Assembly (NCBI GenBank): GCA_965213625.1
Contig: CBDBZU010000004.1
Coordinates: forward strand, 1,376,001 to 1,440,000
Direction of reading: 5' to 3'
DNA: 64,000 bases
DNA from: a bacterium
Lineage (GTDB): Bacteria; UBA8248
Shown one piece after another: positions 28,408 to 38,180 of the stretch. A program made the translations under genes and the position numbers. The first letter of the stretch is position 1; every line of letters starts with the position of its first letter. The notes beneath the pieces are model-generated. The model ran no database searches and had not been told where the DNA came from. It saw only the letters and a program-made list of their open reading frames with translations.

Positions 28408-29621
28408 TGGAAGAGCCCCACAGGATACTCGTGGTGGACGATGAGCCCGATCTCGAGCAACTCGTTCTCCAGAGAATGCGGCGCGAGATACGAAGAGGCC
28501 GCTATTCGTTCGTGTTCGCCCGCAACGGGGTCGAGGCGCTCGAGCGCTTAAACGATAACAATGGCGGCGATACTATCGACATGGTGCTCACCGACATCAA
28601 TATGCCCGAGATGGACGGTCTTACGCTGCTCAAGCAAATCCCCTCGGTCGACCCCAACGTGCGCTCCGTGGTCGTCTCGGCGTATGGAGACATGAAGAAC
28701 ATCCGCACGGCGATGAACCGGGGCGCATTCGATTTCGTCACCAAGCCGATCGACTTCGAGGATTTGCGGATCACCATAGAACGGACCCTGGAGCATCTCG
28801 TCATGCTGCGCGAAGCGCTGGAAGCGCGCGACAAGCTGGTCGCCCTGAGAAGCGACCTCGACCTGGCCAGCAAGATGCAGCAATCGATTCTGCCGACCAA
28901 ATTCCCCGAAAGCCCCCACTACGAGATATTCGCGGGCATGGTGCCCGCCCGGGACGTGGGAGGCGATTTCTTCGACGTGATAGACCTGGGCGACGGCCGC
29001 ATCGGCATCACGGTCGCCGACGTTTCGGGCAAGGGGGTGCCCGCCGCGCTTTTCATGATGTCGAGCCGCACGCTGCTCAACAGCGTCGCTGTCGCGCGCG
29101 CCAATCCGGGCGACGTGCTCGGCGAGGTGAACCGTCTGCTCAGGCCCGGCGAAGTGCTGAGCGAGGTGAACCGCCTGCTCCAGGAGAACAACGACGCTGC
29201 GATGTTCGTCACCGTCTTCTTCGCTATTTTCGATTCCAATACCGGGGAACTCGTTTATTCCAACGGCGGGCACAATCCTCCGGTCATCCTTCATGCCGAC
29301 GGCTCATCGAGCCTGCTTCCCCAGCAACCGGGAGTCGCCCTCGGGATCGCGCCGGAATTCAGCTACGACATGTACAATGCGACACTCGGGCCCGGTGACG
29401 CCCTCATCCTCTACACCGACGGCGTGACGGAAGCCGAAAACGAGAAGACCGAGCAGTTCGGCCTCGATCGCCTCCAGAGTATTCTCGGGGGTTCGCCGCC
29501 AAGCTCCGCCCGGGAGATCAACACGAAGATTTTCGAGGAGGTGAAAGAGTTTGCGGGCAGGGCGCCTCAATTCGATGACATTACCTGCCTGACCCTATTT
29601 CGCCGCGGAGTGAGTGGATGA
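28404..29621 (+). CDS. REC-PP2C (SpoIIE/RsbU-type) serine phosphatase
   Basis: REC domain followed by VGGDFFD, ADVSGKGVPAAL, NGGHNPP, YTDGVTE, DDIT. Confidence 0.93.
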   Translation: MMEEPHRILVVDDEPDLEQLVLQRMRREIRRGRYSFVFARNGVEALERLNDNNGGDTIDMVLTDINMPEMDGLTLLKQIPSVDPNVRSVVVSAYGDMKNIRTAMNRGAFDFVTKPIDFEDLRITIERTLEHLVMLREALEARDKLVALRSDLDLASKMQQSILPTKFPESPHYEIFAGMVPARDVGGDFFDVIDLGDGRIGITVADVSGKGVPAALFMMSSRTLLNSVAVARANPGDVLGEVNRLLRPGEVLSEVNRLLQENNDAAMFVTVFFAIFDSNTGELVYSNGGHNPPVILHADGSSSLLPQQPGVALGIAPEFSYDMYNATLGPGDALILYTDGVTEAENEKTEQFGLDRLQSILGGSPPSSAREINTKIFEEVKEFAGRAPQFDDITCLTLFRRGVSG

Positions 29622-30040
29622 GCGCGAAACTTTCTTTGAAAATGGGATTCGATGCCACTGAGCTGCCACGTATCCAGTCCGCCATCGGGGAATTCAGCCG
29701 GGAGCAGGATTGGCCGCCGGACATCGAATTCCAGGTCGACCTCGTGCTAGAAGAACTCGTTCTCAACGTCGTACACCACGGCAGCAGCGACGGAGAAGAA
29801 GGTGAAATCAAAATCGAACTCGTCTCGGACGCGGAAACGGTGGTCATCGATATCATCGACGACGGCCGTCCGTTCGATCCCCTGACGGACGCACCCGAAC
29901 CGGACACCGAATCGACCATCGAAGACCGCGCCGTAGGCGGACTCGGCATTCACCTGGTGCGGACGATGATGGACGACGTGACCTATCAACGGGAGGAGAA
30001 CAAGAACCACATACGCCTTGTAAAGCGGAGGAGTGAATGA
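29618..30040 (+). CDS. Anti-sigma factor serine kinase (RsbW/SpoIIAB-like)
   Basis: EELVLNVVHHG, DDGRPFDP, GGLGIHLVR. Confidence 0.92.
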   Translation: MSAKLSLKMGFDATELPRIQSAIGEFSREQDWPPDIEFQVDLVLEELVLNVVHHGSSDGEEGEIKIELVSDAETVVIDIIDDGRPFDPLTDAPEPDTESTIEDRAVGGLGIHLVRTMMDDVTYQREENKNHIRLVKRRSE

Positions 30041-31218
30041 GCCTGCCGCTCCGAATCCGCCGGGCGTTTTTCCTCCTTGCTGCAGTGATATTCTGCTCGG
30101 TGTCGGGAGCGCAGGCGGCCGTGCCCGGGGTTTCCCCCCACCGTATCCTTTTCGGACAATCCGCCGCTTTCACCGGGCCTGCGAGGGCCTTGGGGGAGGA
30201 GATGCGCCTCGGCATCGAAGCCGCCTTTCGCGCATCGAACGTGCGCGGCGGCGTTCACGGGCGCCGGCTCGAACTCACCTCACTCGACGATGCGTATGAA
30301 CCCGAAGCCGCCATCCTGAATACCCGCCGGTTGATAGAACAGAGCAAGGTCTTCGCGCTCATCGGGGCCGTCGGCACGCCCCCCTCGCGCTCGGCCACGC
30401 CGGTGGCCGCAAAAGCGGGCGTCCCCTATATCGCGCCCTTCACCGGCGCCGCCTTCTTGCGCAATCCCAAATGGAAAAACATCATCAACCTGCGCGCCTC
30501 CTACTTCCAGGAGACCGAGGAGATGGTGAACCGGCTGATCAAGGACTTGGGCGTCAAGAAGATCGCCGTGCTCTACCAGGACGATTCTTTCGGCTTGGCG
30601 GGCTACCGGGGCGTTCGCCGCGCACTCGAGCGGCGCAAACTGAAGCCTGCGGTCACGGGCGTTTATCCACGGAATACGACGGCGGTCAAAACGGCCCTGC
30701 TCGACATCAGGCGCGCAAACCCCGGCGCCGTGATCCTCGTGGGAGCCTATAAACCCGTTGCTTCCTTTATCGCCTGGGCTCGCCACACGGGGTTCAATCC
30801 GATTTTCGTGACGCTCTCCTTCGTGGGAAGCAATGCGCTCGTGCATGAACTCGGCCCCGCCGGCGTCGGCATCTACGTCACCCAGGTGGTCCCGTTCCCG
30901 ACGACGAAGAATCTCAAGGTCGCGGCGGACTACAGACGGGATCTGGAGACTCACAAGCCCGGCGCGGTTCCGAGCTTCGTCTCCTTCGAGGGTTACATGG
31001 CCGGCAGGCTGGCCACCCGCGCCCTCGAACTGTGCGGGCGCAAGCCCGACCGCGCCTGTCTTCTCAAGGGCCTTCGCCGCGTGGCCACCGTCGACCTGGG
31101 CGGGTTCAAGCTCCGCTACGGCAAGGACGACAACCAGGGTTCGGACGCCGTTTTTCTCACCGTCATCGGCGAGGGCGGACGCTACATCCCGACTGAAAAA
31201 ATCCGGCGTCCGGAGTAG
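30037..31218 (+). CDS. Periplasmic type I substrate-binding protein (LivK-like)
   Basis: Signal peptide, FGQSAAFTGPA, GGVHGR, LDDAYEP, NLRASY, YQDDSFG, SFEGY. Confidence 0.88.
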   Translation: MSLPLRIRRAFFLLAAVIFCSVSGAQAAVPGVSPHRILFGQSAAFTGPARALGEEMRLGIEAAFRASNVRGGVHGRRLELTSLDDAYEPEAAILNTRRLIEQSKVFALIGAVGTPPSRSATPVAAKAGVPYIAPFTGAAFLRNPKWKNIINLRASYFQETEEMVNRLIKDLGVKKIAVLYQDDSFGLAGYRGVRRALERRKLKPAVTGVYPRNTTAVKTALLDIRRANPGAVILVGAYKPVASFIAWARHTGFNPIFVTLSFVGSNALVHELGPAGVGIYVTQVVPFPTTKNLKVAADYRRDLETHKPGAVPSFVSFEGYMAGRLATRALELCGRKPDRACLLKGLRRVATVDLGGFKLRYGKDDNQGSDAVFLTVIGEGGRYIPTEKIRRPE

Positions 31219-33410
31219 TGATGAAAAGCGCGCTCAAAAACCTTCTGGACAAGCGTTACAAGATATCGACGCAGCTCTACCTCAGCATCGGCGCCGCCGC
31301 TTCGCTCACCGTCATCGCGAGCGTGGTCGCATGGGTATCGTTCGCTTTCGTGGGAGGGGTGCAGAACCGCGTGAACGAGGGCACCGTTCCATTCCTGGCG
31401 AGCGCCTTTGGCACCGCTCAGCATAGCAGCGCCCTGGTGGCCGCGGCGCCTCGCCTGGCCGCGGTGGTGAATCCGGACAACCTGGAGCAGATAGCCACCG
31501 AGGTCGCAAAGGACCAGGAGGCGTTCGAGAAAGCGCTGGCGGATCTGATACGCCAGGGCGGCAACCAGGAGATTTCCCTGCGCATCAAGAAACTCGGCGA
31601 CGTGCTGATCGAGAACCTCACCGCCATCAAACGATTGGTGCTGCAGCGCTTCGACCTCACCGATTCGCACGATACGCTCCAGCTCCAGCTCACTTGGGTG
31701 CGCAAGGAGTTGAGCAACGTCATGGTTCCCGCCATCGACGACCAACTGTTCTTCGCAATGACGGGTTTCGGCAAAATCGACAAGCCGTCCGTCCCGCGTG
31801 AGGAACACTTCTCGGAAGAGGGAATCAACCTCTACCGCTACATCGCCGGTCTGAGGTCGGACGCCACCGTCGCGGCGCAGCTTCTCACCACCGCCTTCAG
31901 CGTATCGGACGCCGCCCTGCTCGAGCCGCTGCGCGAGCGTTTCGAGGCCACGGTGCGCGGCATCAGGCGGCGCCTCGATGCGCTCGGAAAGGTTCCGGTG
32001 CGCGTCGCTCTCGAGCCTCTTTTCGAGCAGATGATCGAGCTGAGTAACGGCGAGGAGGGAGGGTTCAACCTGCGAGCGAGTGAACTGGCGCTCGAGAGGA
32101 AACAGGGTGAGTTGCTCGATTTTCACGAATCTCTGGAGGCGAAAATCCTGGCCGCCACCGAAACGCTGGTGAGCACGGCCCGCAAGATTGCGCGTCAGGC
32201 CACCCAGGATTCCGCCCAGGCCATTAGCACGGGCAGCAACATCCTGCTCGCGCTGAGCGCCATCAGCTTCATCGGCGCCGTGCTGATAGGCTGGCTGTTC
32301 GTCGGCCGCTTTCTGTCGCGTCGGCTCGGGCAGCTTTCGGACCGCATGCGCCGGATGGCAGATGGCGATCTCGAGGAGAAAGTCGATATCGGCGGACAGG
32401 ACGAAGTCGCGGAAATGGCCGCGGCGCTCGAGATCTTCCGTCGCCACGCTCTGGAGGTGCAGCGCCTGAACCTGGTGGAGAAACTGGCGGAGGAAATCAA
32501 GGGCAAGAACGAAGAGCTCGAAAGCGCGCTCGGCGATCTGGAGAAAGCGCAGGATCAGATCGTCATGCGCGAGAAACTCGCGGCGCTCGGTGAACTGACG
32601 GCGGGTGTCGCCCACGAGATCAGAAATCCGCTGAACTTTATCAAGAACTTCTCGGAAGTCTCCGAAGAATTGATGGAGGAATTGCTGGAAGAGTTGGAAA
32701 AGGTGGAGACCCACGGCGGCAACGGACAGGAGAACGGACAGGAACCGGAGAAGGAAGAGAAAAAAAAGGACGAGGAAGATCCGATCGAGATCATCGCCGA
32801 AATCGGAGAAGACCTCACCGGCAACCTTCAGCGCATCCGCGAGCATGGGGAACGGGCCAACAATATCGTGGAGAGCATGCTCCAGATGGGCAGGGGTTCG
32901 GGCGAAGCACAGCCGACCAACATCAATACCCTGATCGAGGAGCACGCGCGTCTCGCCTACCACAGCGCGCGGGCGGCCGACCCGAATTTCAATCTCACGC
33001 TCGATTGGGATTTGGACCCGGATATGGTGGAGTGCGAGGTCATTCCGCAGGATTTGGGTCGCGTCTTCTTGAACATGGTGAGCAACGCCTGCTACGCCAC
33101 CGACGAGAAGCGACAAAAGTTCTCCGCCTCATCGGCCGAAGATGCGCCGCGCTACGATCCCACCCTCAGGGTCGCCACCAAGTGCAGGCCGGACGGCATC
33201 GAGGTGCGCATTCGCGACAACGGAAGCGGTATGCCGCCCGAAGTCGCCGAGAAGATATTCAACCCCTTCTTCACGACCAAGCCGACGGACAAGGGCACCG
33301 GACTCGGTCTATCCCTATCCAGCGACATCATTCGTCAGCATGGGGGAAGCATACGGGTCGAAACCGAAACCGACGAGTTCACGGAGATGATCATCGAGTT
33401 GCCGAGGTAA
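31218..33410 (+). CDS. Membrane sensor histidine kinase with large helical periplasmic domain (TorS-like) and HAMP
   Basis: Two TM helices, HAMP (DEVAEMAAAL), H-box GVAHEIRNPLN, NMVSNA, DNGSG, PFFTTK, GTGLGL. Confidence 0.92.
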   Translation: MMKSALKNLLDKRYKISTQLYLSIGAAASLTVIASVVAWVSFAFVGGVQNRVNEGTVPFLASAFGTAQHSSALVAAAPRLAAVVNPDNLEQIATEVAKDQEAFEKALADLIRQGGNQEISLRIKKLGDVLIENLTAIKRLVLQRFDLTDSHDTLQLQLTWVRKELSNVMVPAIDDQLFFAMTGFGKIDKPSVPREEHFSEEGINLYRYIAGLRSDATVAAQLLTTAFSVSDAALLEPLRERFEATVRGIRRRLDALGKVPVRVALEPLFEQMIELSNGEEGGFNLRASELALERKQGELLDFHESLEAKILAATETLVSTARKIARQATQDSAQAISTGSNILLALSAISFIGAVLIGWLFVGRFLSRRLGQLSDRMRRMADGDLEEKVDIGGQDEVAEMAAALEIFRRHALEVQRLNLVEKLAEEIKGKNEELESALGDLEKAQDQIVMREKLAALGELTAGVAHEIRNPLNFIKNFSEVSEELMEELLEELEKVETHGGNGQENGQEPEKEEKKKDEEDPIEIIAEIGEDLTGNLQRIREHGERANNIVESMLQMGRGSGEAQPTNINTLIEEHARLAYHSARAADPNFNLTLDWDLDPDMVECEVIPQDLGRVFLNMVSNACYATDEKRQKFSASSAEDAPRYDPTLRVATKCRPDGIEVRIRDNGSGMPPEVAEKIFNPFFTTKPTDKGTGLGLSLSSDIIRQHGGSIRVETETDEFTEMIIELPR

Positions 33411-33554
33411 ACAGCCCCGGCTTCCCACCCGGCAGGATTCAAGAAAATATAAGAGGAAGGTGAGGGATTACAGCGGTCGCGACGACTATCGCGACGCTTG
33501 TATCCGTAAGACGTTGCGGCGGGGATGGGTCTTGGACTCCCCGCTCCCGTGTCG

Positions 33555-33893
33555 TCAGCTTGCGGTCGATTCGAGCGCTTCTGCTTTCGAGCCGTGGATT
33601 TGTATGATGCGGTCGAAACCGGATATCTCGAACACCTCGCGCGTCAGTTCACCGAGCGCGTACAGGGCGAACTTCGTATTGCTTTGACTCAGTTGCTTGG
33701 CGACCAGCAAAACGGCGCGAAGGCCGGCGCTGCTGATATAGGAAACACCCTCGAAATTGACGATGACGGCGCGGTCGTCGTCGCTGATGACGTTCTTTAT
33801 CGTGCTCTCGAATTCAGGAGCGGTGGCGCCATCGATGCGGCCATCAACCTGCACAACCAAGGTTCCGTTTTCTTGCTCAGTCTTAATTTCCAT
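33555..33893 (-). CDS. STAS-domain anti-anti-sigma factor (RsbV/SpoIIAA-like)
   Basis: GRID, VSYISSAGLR (phosphoacceptor Ser), EVFEISGF. Confidence 0.93.
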   Translation of the reverse strand: MEIKTEQENGTLVVQVDGRIDGATAPEFESTIKNVISDDDRAVIVNFEGVSYISSAGLRAVLLVAKQLSQSNTKFALYALGELTREVFEISGFDRIIQIHGSKAEALESTAS

Positions 33894-34247
33894 GCTTGGC
33901 TCTGCCTCCCAACAGCGTGAGATTGTTTTACTCGATATCTCAAGAGTGTAAGCACACTGGTAGCAAATCTAATGGTTTAGCGCAACACCTCACTTCTCAA
34001 GAACGCAAGTCCAACCCTGTAATTCTTGGACAGACAGTGTAGCCGTTCAGGACTACTTCTGTGAGAAAAGCGGAGGTAACCATATAAAATTTCTGCTCAT
34101 TTGGCAACTCATAGCTTTGTTTGCGGTTCAATTTTTTTCGGGCGGACAGCTACGGCGCCCTTTGGCTCAACCAGTGCCCGGGACGTTCTGGTCCGACGTG
34201 CGCGAGGCATTCGGTCCATTTTGAGTGACTTTTGTCTGAGAGCGCCT

Positions 34248-35288
34248 TCATTCCTGGGACATTACCAGGGCGGCGCGTCCGGTGACTTGGCCCGTTTTCA
34301 GTCGTTCGTGTACGAGGTTGGCCTCCTCGAGTGGGTAGGTCTCGCTCACGAGGGGCCAGGCCTCGCCGCGCGCCACGAGTTCGAGCGAGTCGATCACATT
34401 CTGCCTGGTGGCGTAGCGGCTGCCCAGTATCTGCTGTTCCTCTCGGAGCAACTCGCGCGGGGAAAAGGGGAACCGCTCTATCCGGTTGGAACCCATGGCG
34501 AGGAAGCGCCCCCCCTTGCCCAGCCCGCGCAGTCCGCCTTCGACCCCATCGGCGGTGCAGACGAAATCGACGACGACGTCCACGCCCGCGCCCCCGGTCA
34601 AATCACGCAGCGCCTCACCGAGGTTTTCCTGAGAGGCATCCACCGTATCGTGCGCGCCCATGTCGCGGCATTTGCCCAGCTTGTCCGCCGCGATGTCGAC
34701 GGCGATGACACGCGCGCCCGCCCAGCGCGCCATCATCACCATGTGGATTCCCACGCCGCCGCCGCCGCCCACCACGGCCACGTTCTCCATCGGGCGAATT
34801 CCCGCGTGGCCGACCACCTTGTATGGCGTGGCGATGGCGTCCGAGATAACGCCTACCTCGGCGGGGTGCCCCTTGTAGTCCAGCCCCTCGGGCAGGGGGA
34901 TGAAGCTCCGGGCGGGCAGCTTGATGTACTCGGCGTAGCCGCCGTCCATCTGGCGTCCGACGTGACCGGCAAGATTATCGCACAGGGTCTCGCGGTTTAC
35001 GCGGCACCAGCGGCAGCGCCCGCAGGTGAAATAGTAATACGCCGTCACGGGTGTCCCTTCGCTGAGTCCCTCCACGCCCGCGCCCACCTGGGTAATCTCT
35101 GCGGTGATCTCATGCCCAATCACGAGCGGGAAATTCCCGCCCATGCGGCCCGCCCGGGTGTGTTCGATCGTAAGTCCCGAGCCGCAGGCCAGCACACGCG
35201 CCACCGCCTCGCCCGGCCCCGCCACGGGGACCGGTCTATCTTCGAGCACAAAGGGCGCGCCCGCTTCCGCCAATACCATCGCTTTCAT
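34248..35288 (-). CDS. Zinc-binding medium-chain alcohol dehydrogenase
   Basis: GHE, CGRCRWC...C, DGGYAEY, GGGGGVG. Confidence 0.88.
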   Translation of the reverse strand: MKAMVLAEAGAPFVLEDRPVPVAGPGEAVARVLACGSGLTIEHTRAGRMGGNFPLVIGHEITAEITQVGAGVEGLSEGTPVTAYYYFTCGRCRWCRVNRETLCDNLAGHVGRQMDGGYAEYIKLPARSFIPLPEGLDYKGHPAEVGVISDAIATPYKVVGHAGIRPMENVAVVGGGGGVGIHMVMMARWAGARVIAVDIAADKLGKCRDMGAHDTVDASQENLGEALRDLTGGAGVDVVVDFVCTADGVEGGLRGLGKGGRFLAMGSNRIERFPFSPRELLREEQQILGSRYATRQNVIDSLELVARGEAWPLVSETYPLEEANLVHERLKTGQVTGRAALVMSQE

Positions 35289-35395
35289 GTCGTCTCCCGC
35301 CGGTAATGGGGTGAAAGTTATCCTCAGTGTAGAGCATCAGGCTCCGGAGCGGTAACGCGCGGCGCAAAAGAATGCGCCGAAGCGCCCGGGTTGCG

Positions 35396-36388
35396 TTAAT
35401 CTGTCTTGATATCCTTCGCCCATTCACGGTTGGCGGCGTACCACTCCACCAGGTGCGCGAGGCCCTCTGCAAGCCTCACACGGGGACGCCAGCCGAGGAG
35501 CTTCTCCGCTTTTTCGATGTTCGCCCAAGTGGCCTTGACGTCGGCGGGGTTCATCTCCTCGTGGCGGATACGGGCTTTTTTCTCCGTGAGGGTTTCGATG
35601 CGGGCGATAGCCTCGTTCAGGACGACGGGTTCATCCGACCCCAGGTTGATGATTTCATAAGATACCGGTTTGATGGCCGCAATCGAGCCCCGGGCGATGT
35701 CGTCCACGTAGGTAAAATCGCGCTCCTGCGTTCCGTCTCCATAGACGAGGACGGGCTTTCCCTCGGCTATCCACTGCGTGAAGCGGAAAAGGCTCATATC
35801 GGGCCGCCCCGCCGGGCCGTAGACGGTGAAGTAGCGCAGCACCGTTACGTCGATCCCGAACAGATGGTGATAGGTGTGGCAGAGCGCCTCGGCCGCTTTC
35901 TTGGAGGCCGCGTAGGGCGATAGCGGCCTGTCGCTCGGGGCGTCCTCCCGGAATGGTGCGGGCGTATCCGCCCCGTAGGCGCTCGAGGTGGAGGCGAGCA
36001 CGAACTTCATCACGCCGAAATCCTTGCATAGCTCCAGCAGGTTCAGCGCGCCGGTGACGTTCGTCTCGAAATACGCCCATGGATTCTCGATAGATTGGCG
36101 CACCCCGGCGCGCGCGGCCAGGTTCAACACGGCGTTGAATGGCGCCGCGCCGCCTACGGCGTTTTCCGTGAACAACGCGCGCAAGGGCTCGAGCCGGATG
36201 ATGTCGGCTTCATGAAAATAGAAGCCGGGCCGAGACTTGAGACGCGCGAGCCGGTAGTCCTTAAGGCGCGTGTCGTAGGCGTCGTTCATGTCGTCGACCC
36301 CGACGACGACATGATCCTCATCCAACAGGAAATCACACACCCTGGAGGCGATGAAGCCGGCGGCTCCTGTTACGAGATACTTGCCCAA
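35396..36388 (-). CDS. NAD-dependent epimerase (UDP-glucuronate 4-epimerase-like)
   Basis: TGAAGFI, LAARAGVR.S, YAASKK, FTVYGP.GRPDM, RDFTYVDD. Confidence 0.88.
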   Translation of the reverse strand: MGKYLVTGAAGFIASRVCDFLLDEDHVVVGVDDMNDAYDTRLKDYRLARLKSRPGFYFHEADIIRLEPLRALFTENAVGGAAPFNAVLNLAARAGVRQSIENPWAYFETNVTGALNLLELCKDFGVMKFVLASTSSAYGADTPAPFREDAPSDRPLSPYAASKKAAEALCHTYHHLFGIDVTVLRYFTVYGPAGRPDMSLFRFTQWIAEGKPVLVYGDGTQERDFTYVDDIARGSIAAIKPVSYEIINLGSDEPVVLNEAIARIETLTEKKARIRHEEMNPADVKATWANIEKAEKLLGWRPRVRLAEGLAHLVEWYAANREWAKDIKTD

Positions 36389-36595
36389 ACCGGATTTCTC
36401 CTCAAAACGATCTCGTTAGCGGTGGTGCAAGGCTATCAGGAGCGCTTGGTTCCGGCAAAGCGAGAGACGTGACTTAGGAGATTTAGGCTGGTCATCCGCC
36501 GAGCATTCAATTGTTCTGAATGGTTCCTCTCTCAGGGTTGGTTAAATTCACTTCCTTCCATGATGATTATTGCCGGAAAAGAGGTGTGAAGAATC

Positions 36596-37013
36596 AACTC
36601 CCCCCTTGAGGGGGAGTCGGTGATGTGAGGGGGTTTTTCTCCCGAAACCAAACCGGTGGGGGGAGTTTTTTCCTGTGGCATGTCACCCCATCGATTCAGC
36701 CTTCGCACAAACCGCTCGGCTTCATCGTCTGTCTTTCCCCTCGGGAAGCCAGACCCTCAAGGGGTAGTCGAATTTGGCGCGCGCCCATTGTGGGCTTTTT
36801 CAACAACTCTTCATCAATCGCGTTTGACTCGCGACGCCGCTCCTCCCTCACCCTGAGTAGCCGCCGAAGGCGGCGTATCGAAGGGCGAGGGGAGTCGAAC
36901 GCCTCGCGCTGGGGGAGAGAATGCAATTCCTCCTTCATTAGTCGGACTTGACCTTCGATACGTGGTTTCACCGCTACTCAGGATGAGGCGGAAAGAGGTT
37001 TTTCAACAACCCC
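36596..37013. repeat. Second composite REP/MITE-like cluster
   Basis: ACTCCCCCCTTGAGGGGGAGT hairpin; GGGCTTTTTCAACAAC (36792); inverted pair CCCTGAGTAGC...CGTATCGAAGGG / CCTTCGATACG...GCTACTCAGG; GGTTTTTCAACAACCCC (36997-37013). Confidence 0.75.
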
Positions 37014-37250
37014 CTTAAAGGCAGTGGTTCCCAAAGGCGCATCGCATCGCAATCCCCGAATCGAAGATACCCCCCACTCCGCCAAAACACGGCCCGTGGT
37101 TGAAATCCGCGCCGCAATCCGCAATGGTTGGTTTGATATGGGCGAACATATTCTCCATGCGGTTGGGGGAGTAGCTGCTTAATGTTTCTCGGGCCGTGTA
37201 TGGACTTCGTGTCCGGCGAACCCGGTACTTATCAAGATTGAGAATTCGAG

Positions 37251-38180
37251 ATGGCGAACGTGTTGGTGACGGGAGGGGCTGGCTTCGTCGGCTCTCATGT
37301 AGTGGAGTCCTGCCTGGAAGCGGGCGATTCCGTCTGGGTCGTGGATAATCTGGCCTCGGGCCTGGTGGGGGACATTCCGCCGGGTGCGGTTCTTTGCGAG
37401 GGCGATATTGCCGATGCGGGGTTCATGCGCCGCGTGGTGGGGGAGGCTTGTCCCGCCGTCATCCATCATCTGGCGGCACAGGCAAGCGTGACGCACAGTC
37501 TGGTAGATCCCCTCCTGGATGCGCGCGTGAACGTCCTGGGCACGCTCAGCGTCCTGGAAGCGGCCAGGAGCATGGGTTCCATGCCCAGGGTCGTCTACGC
37601 CGCCACGGGCGGGGCATGCTACGGGGACCCCGAAGAGGAGATTGTGGATGAGAGTTGCCCGCTTGCTCCCGCCTCCCATTACGGGATGAGCAAGGTCGCG
37701 GGCGAGCGCTATCTCGCCTTCTACGGGGCGCATTTCGGGCTGCCCGTCGTGTCGCTGCGTCTCGCCAACGTCTTTGGACCCAGACAGCGCCCCTCTCTCG
37801 ATGCGGGCGTAATATCGATTTTCGCGGAAAAACTAACGAATGCCGAGCCCCTCACGCTCTATGGACACGGGCGTGCGGGGCGCGACTATGTCTACGTGAA
37901 AGACGTGGTCGATGCGTTCACCACTGCGGCGAAAGGCGGTGCGGACGGCGGGGCCTACAACATCGGTACGGGCGTCGTCACCGAGGTGGAGTCGCTGCTG
38001 GAAGTCCTCTGCCGCCGCATGGGTAAAGAACCCGTAAGCGTGGAGCGCGCGCCTCTGCGCGCGGGCGAGGTGTTCAGAATCGGTCTGGACGCAAGCGCGT
38101 TTGCGCAGAAAACCGGCTGGCGGCACAGCTTCACGCTCGATGAGGGCATCGCCGCCTTCGTGGAATCGCTCGAAACTTAA
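37251..38180 (+). CDS. NAD-dependent epimerase/dehydratase (UDP-glucose 4-epimerase-like)
   Basis: TGGAGFVGS, HLAAQASV, YGMSK, NVFGPRQ, RDYVYV. Confidence 0.88.
   Translation: MANVLVTGGAGFVGSHVVESCLEAGDSVWVVDNLASGLVGDIPPGAVLCEGDIADAGFMRRVVGEACPAVIHHLAAQASVTHSLVDPLLDARVNVLGTLSVLEAARSMGSMPRVVYAATGGACYGDPEEEIVDESCPLAPASHYGMSKVAGERYLAFYGAHFGLPVVSLRLANVFGPRQRPSLDAGVISIFAEKLTNAEPLTLYGHGRAGRDYVYVKDVVDAFTTAAKGGADGGAYNIGTGVVTEVESLLEVLCRRMGKEPVSVERAPLRAGEVFRIGLDASAFAQKTGWRHSFTLDEGIAAFVESLET

Noticed and set aside
31182-33116. Long antisense ORFs (644 aa here; also 25021..26544, 59461..60885, 42582..43895, 48591..49829, 3958..5196)
   Set aside because: They shadow well-supported genes on the opposite strand, have no motifs, and are expected from high-GC codon bias
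37160-37232. GGGGAGTAGC resembling the start of a yybP-ykoY riboswitch
   Set aside because: No CGUCA loop or clear GCGAGACC closing strand, and the downstream gene is a sugar epimerase; an Infernal hit would be needed
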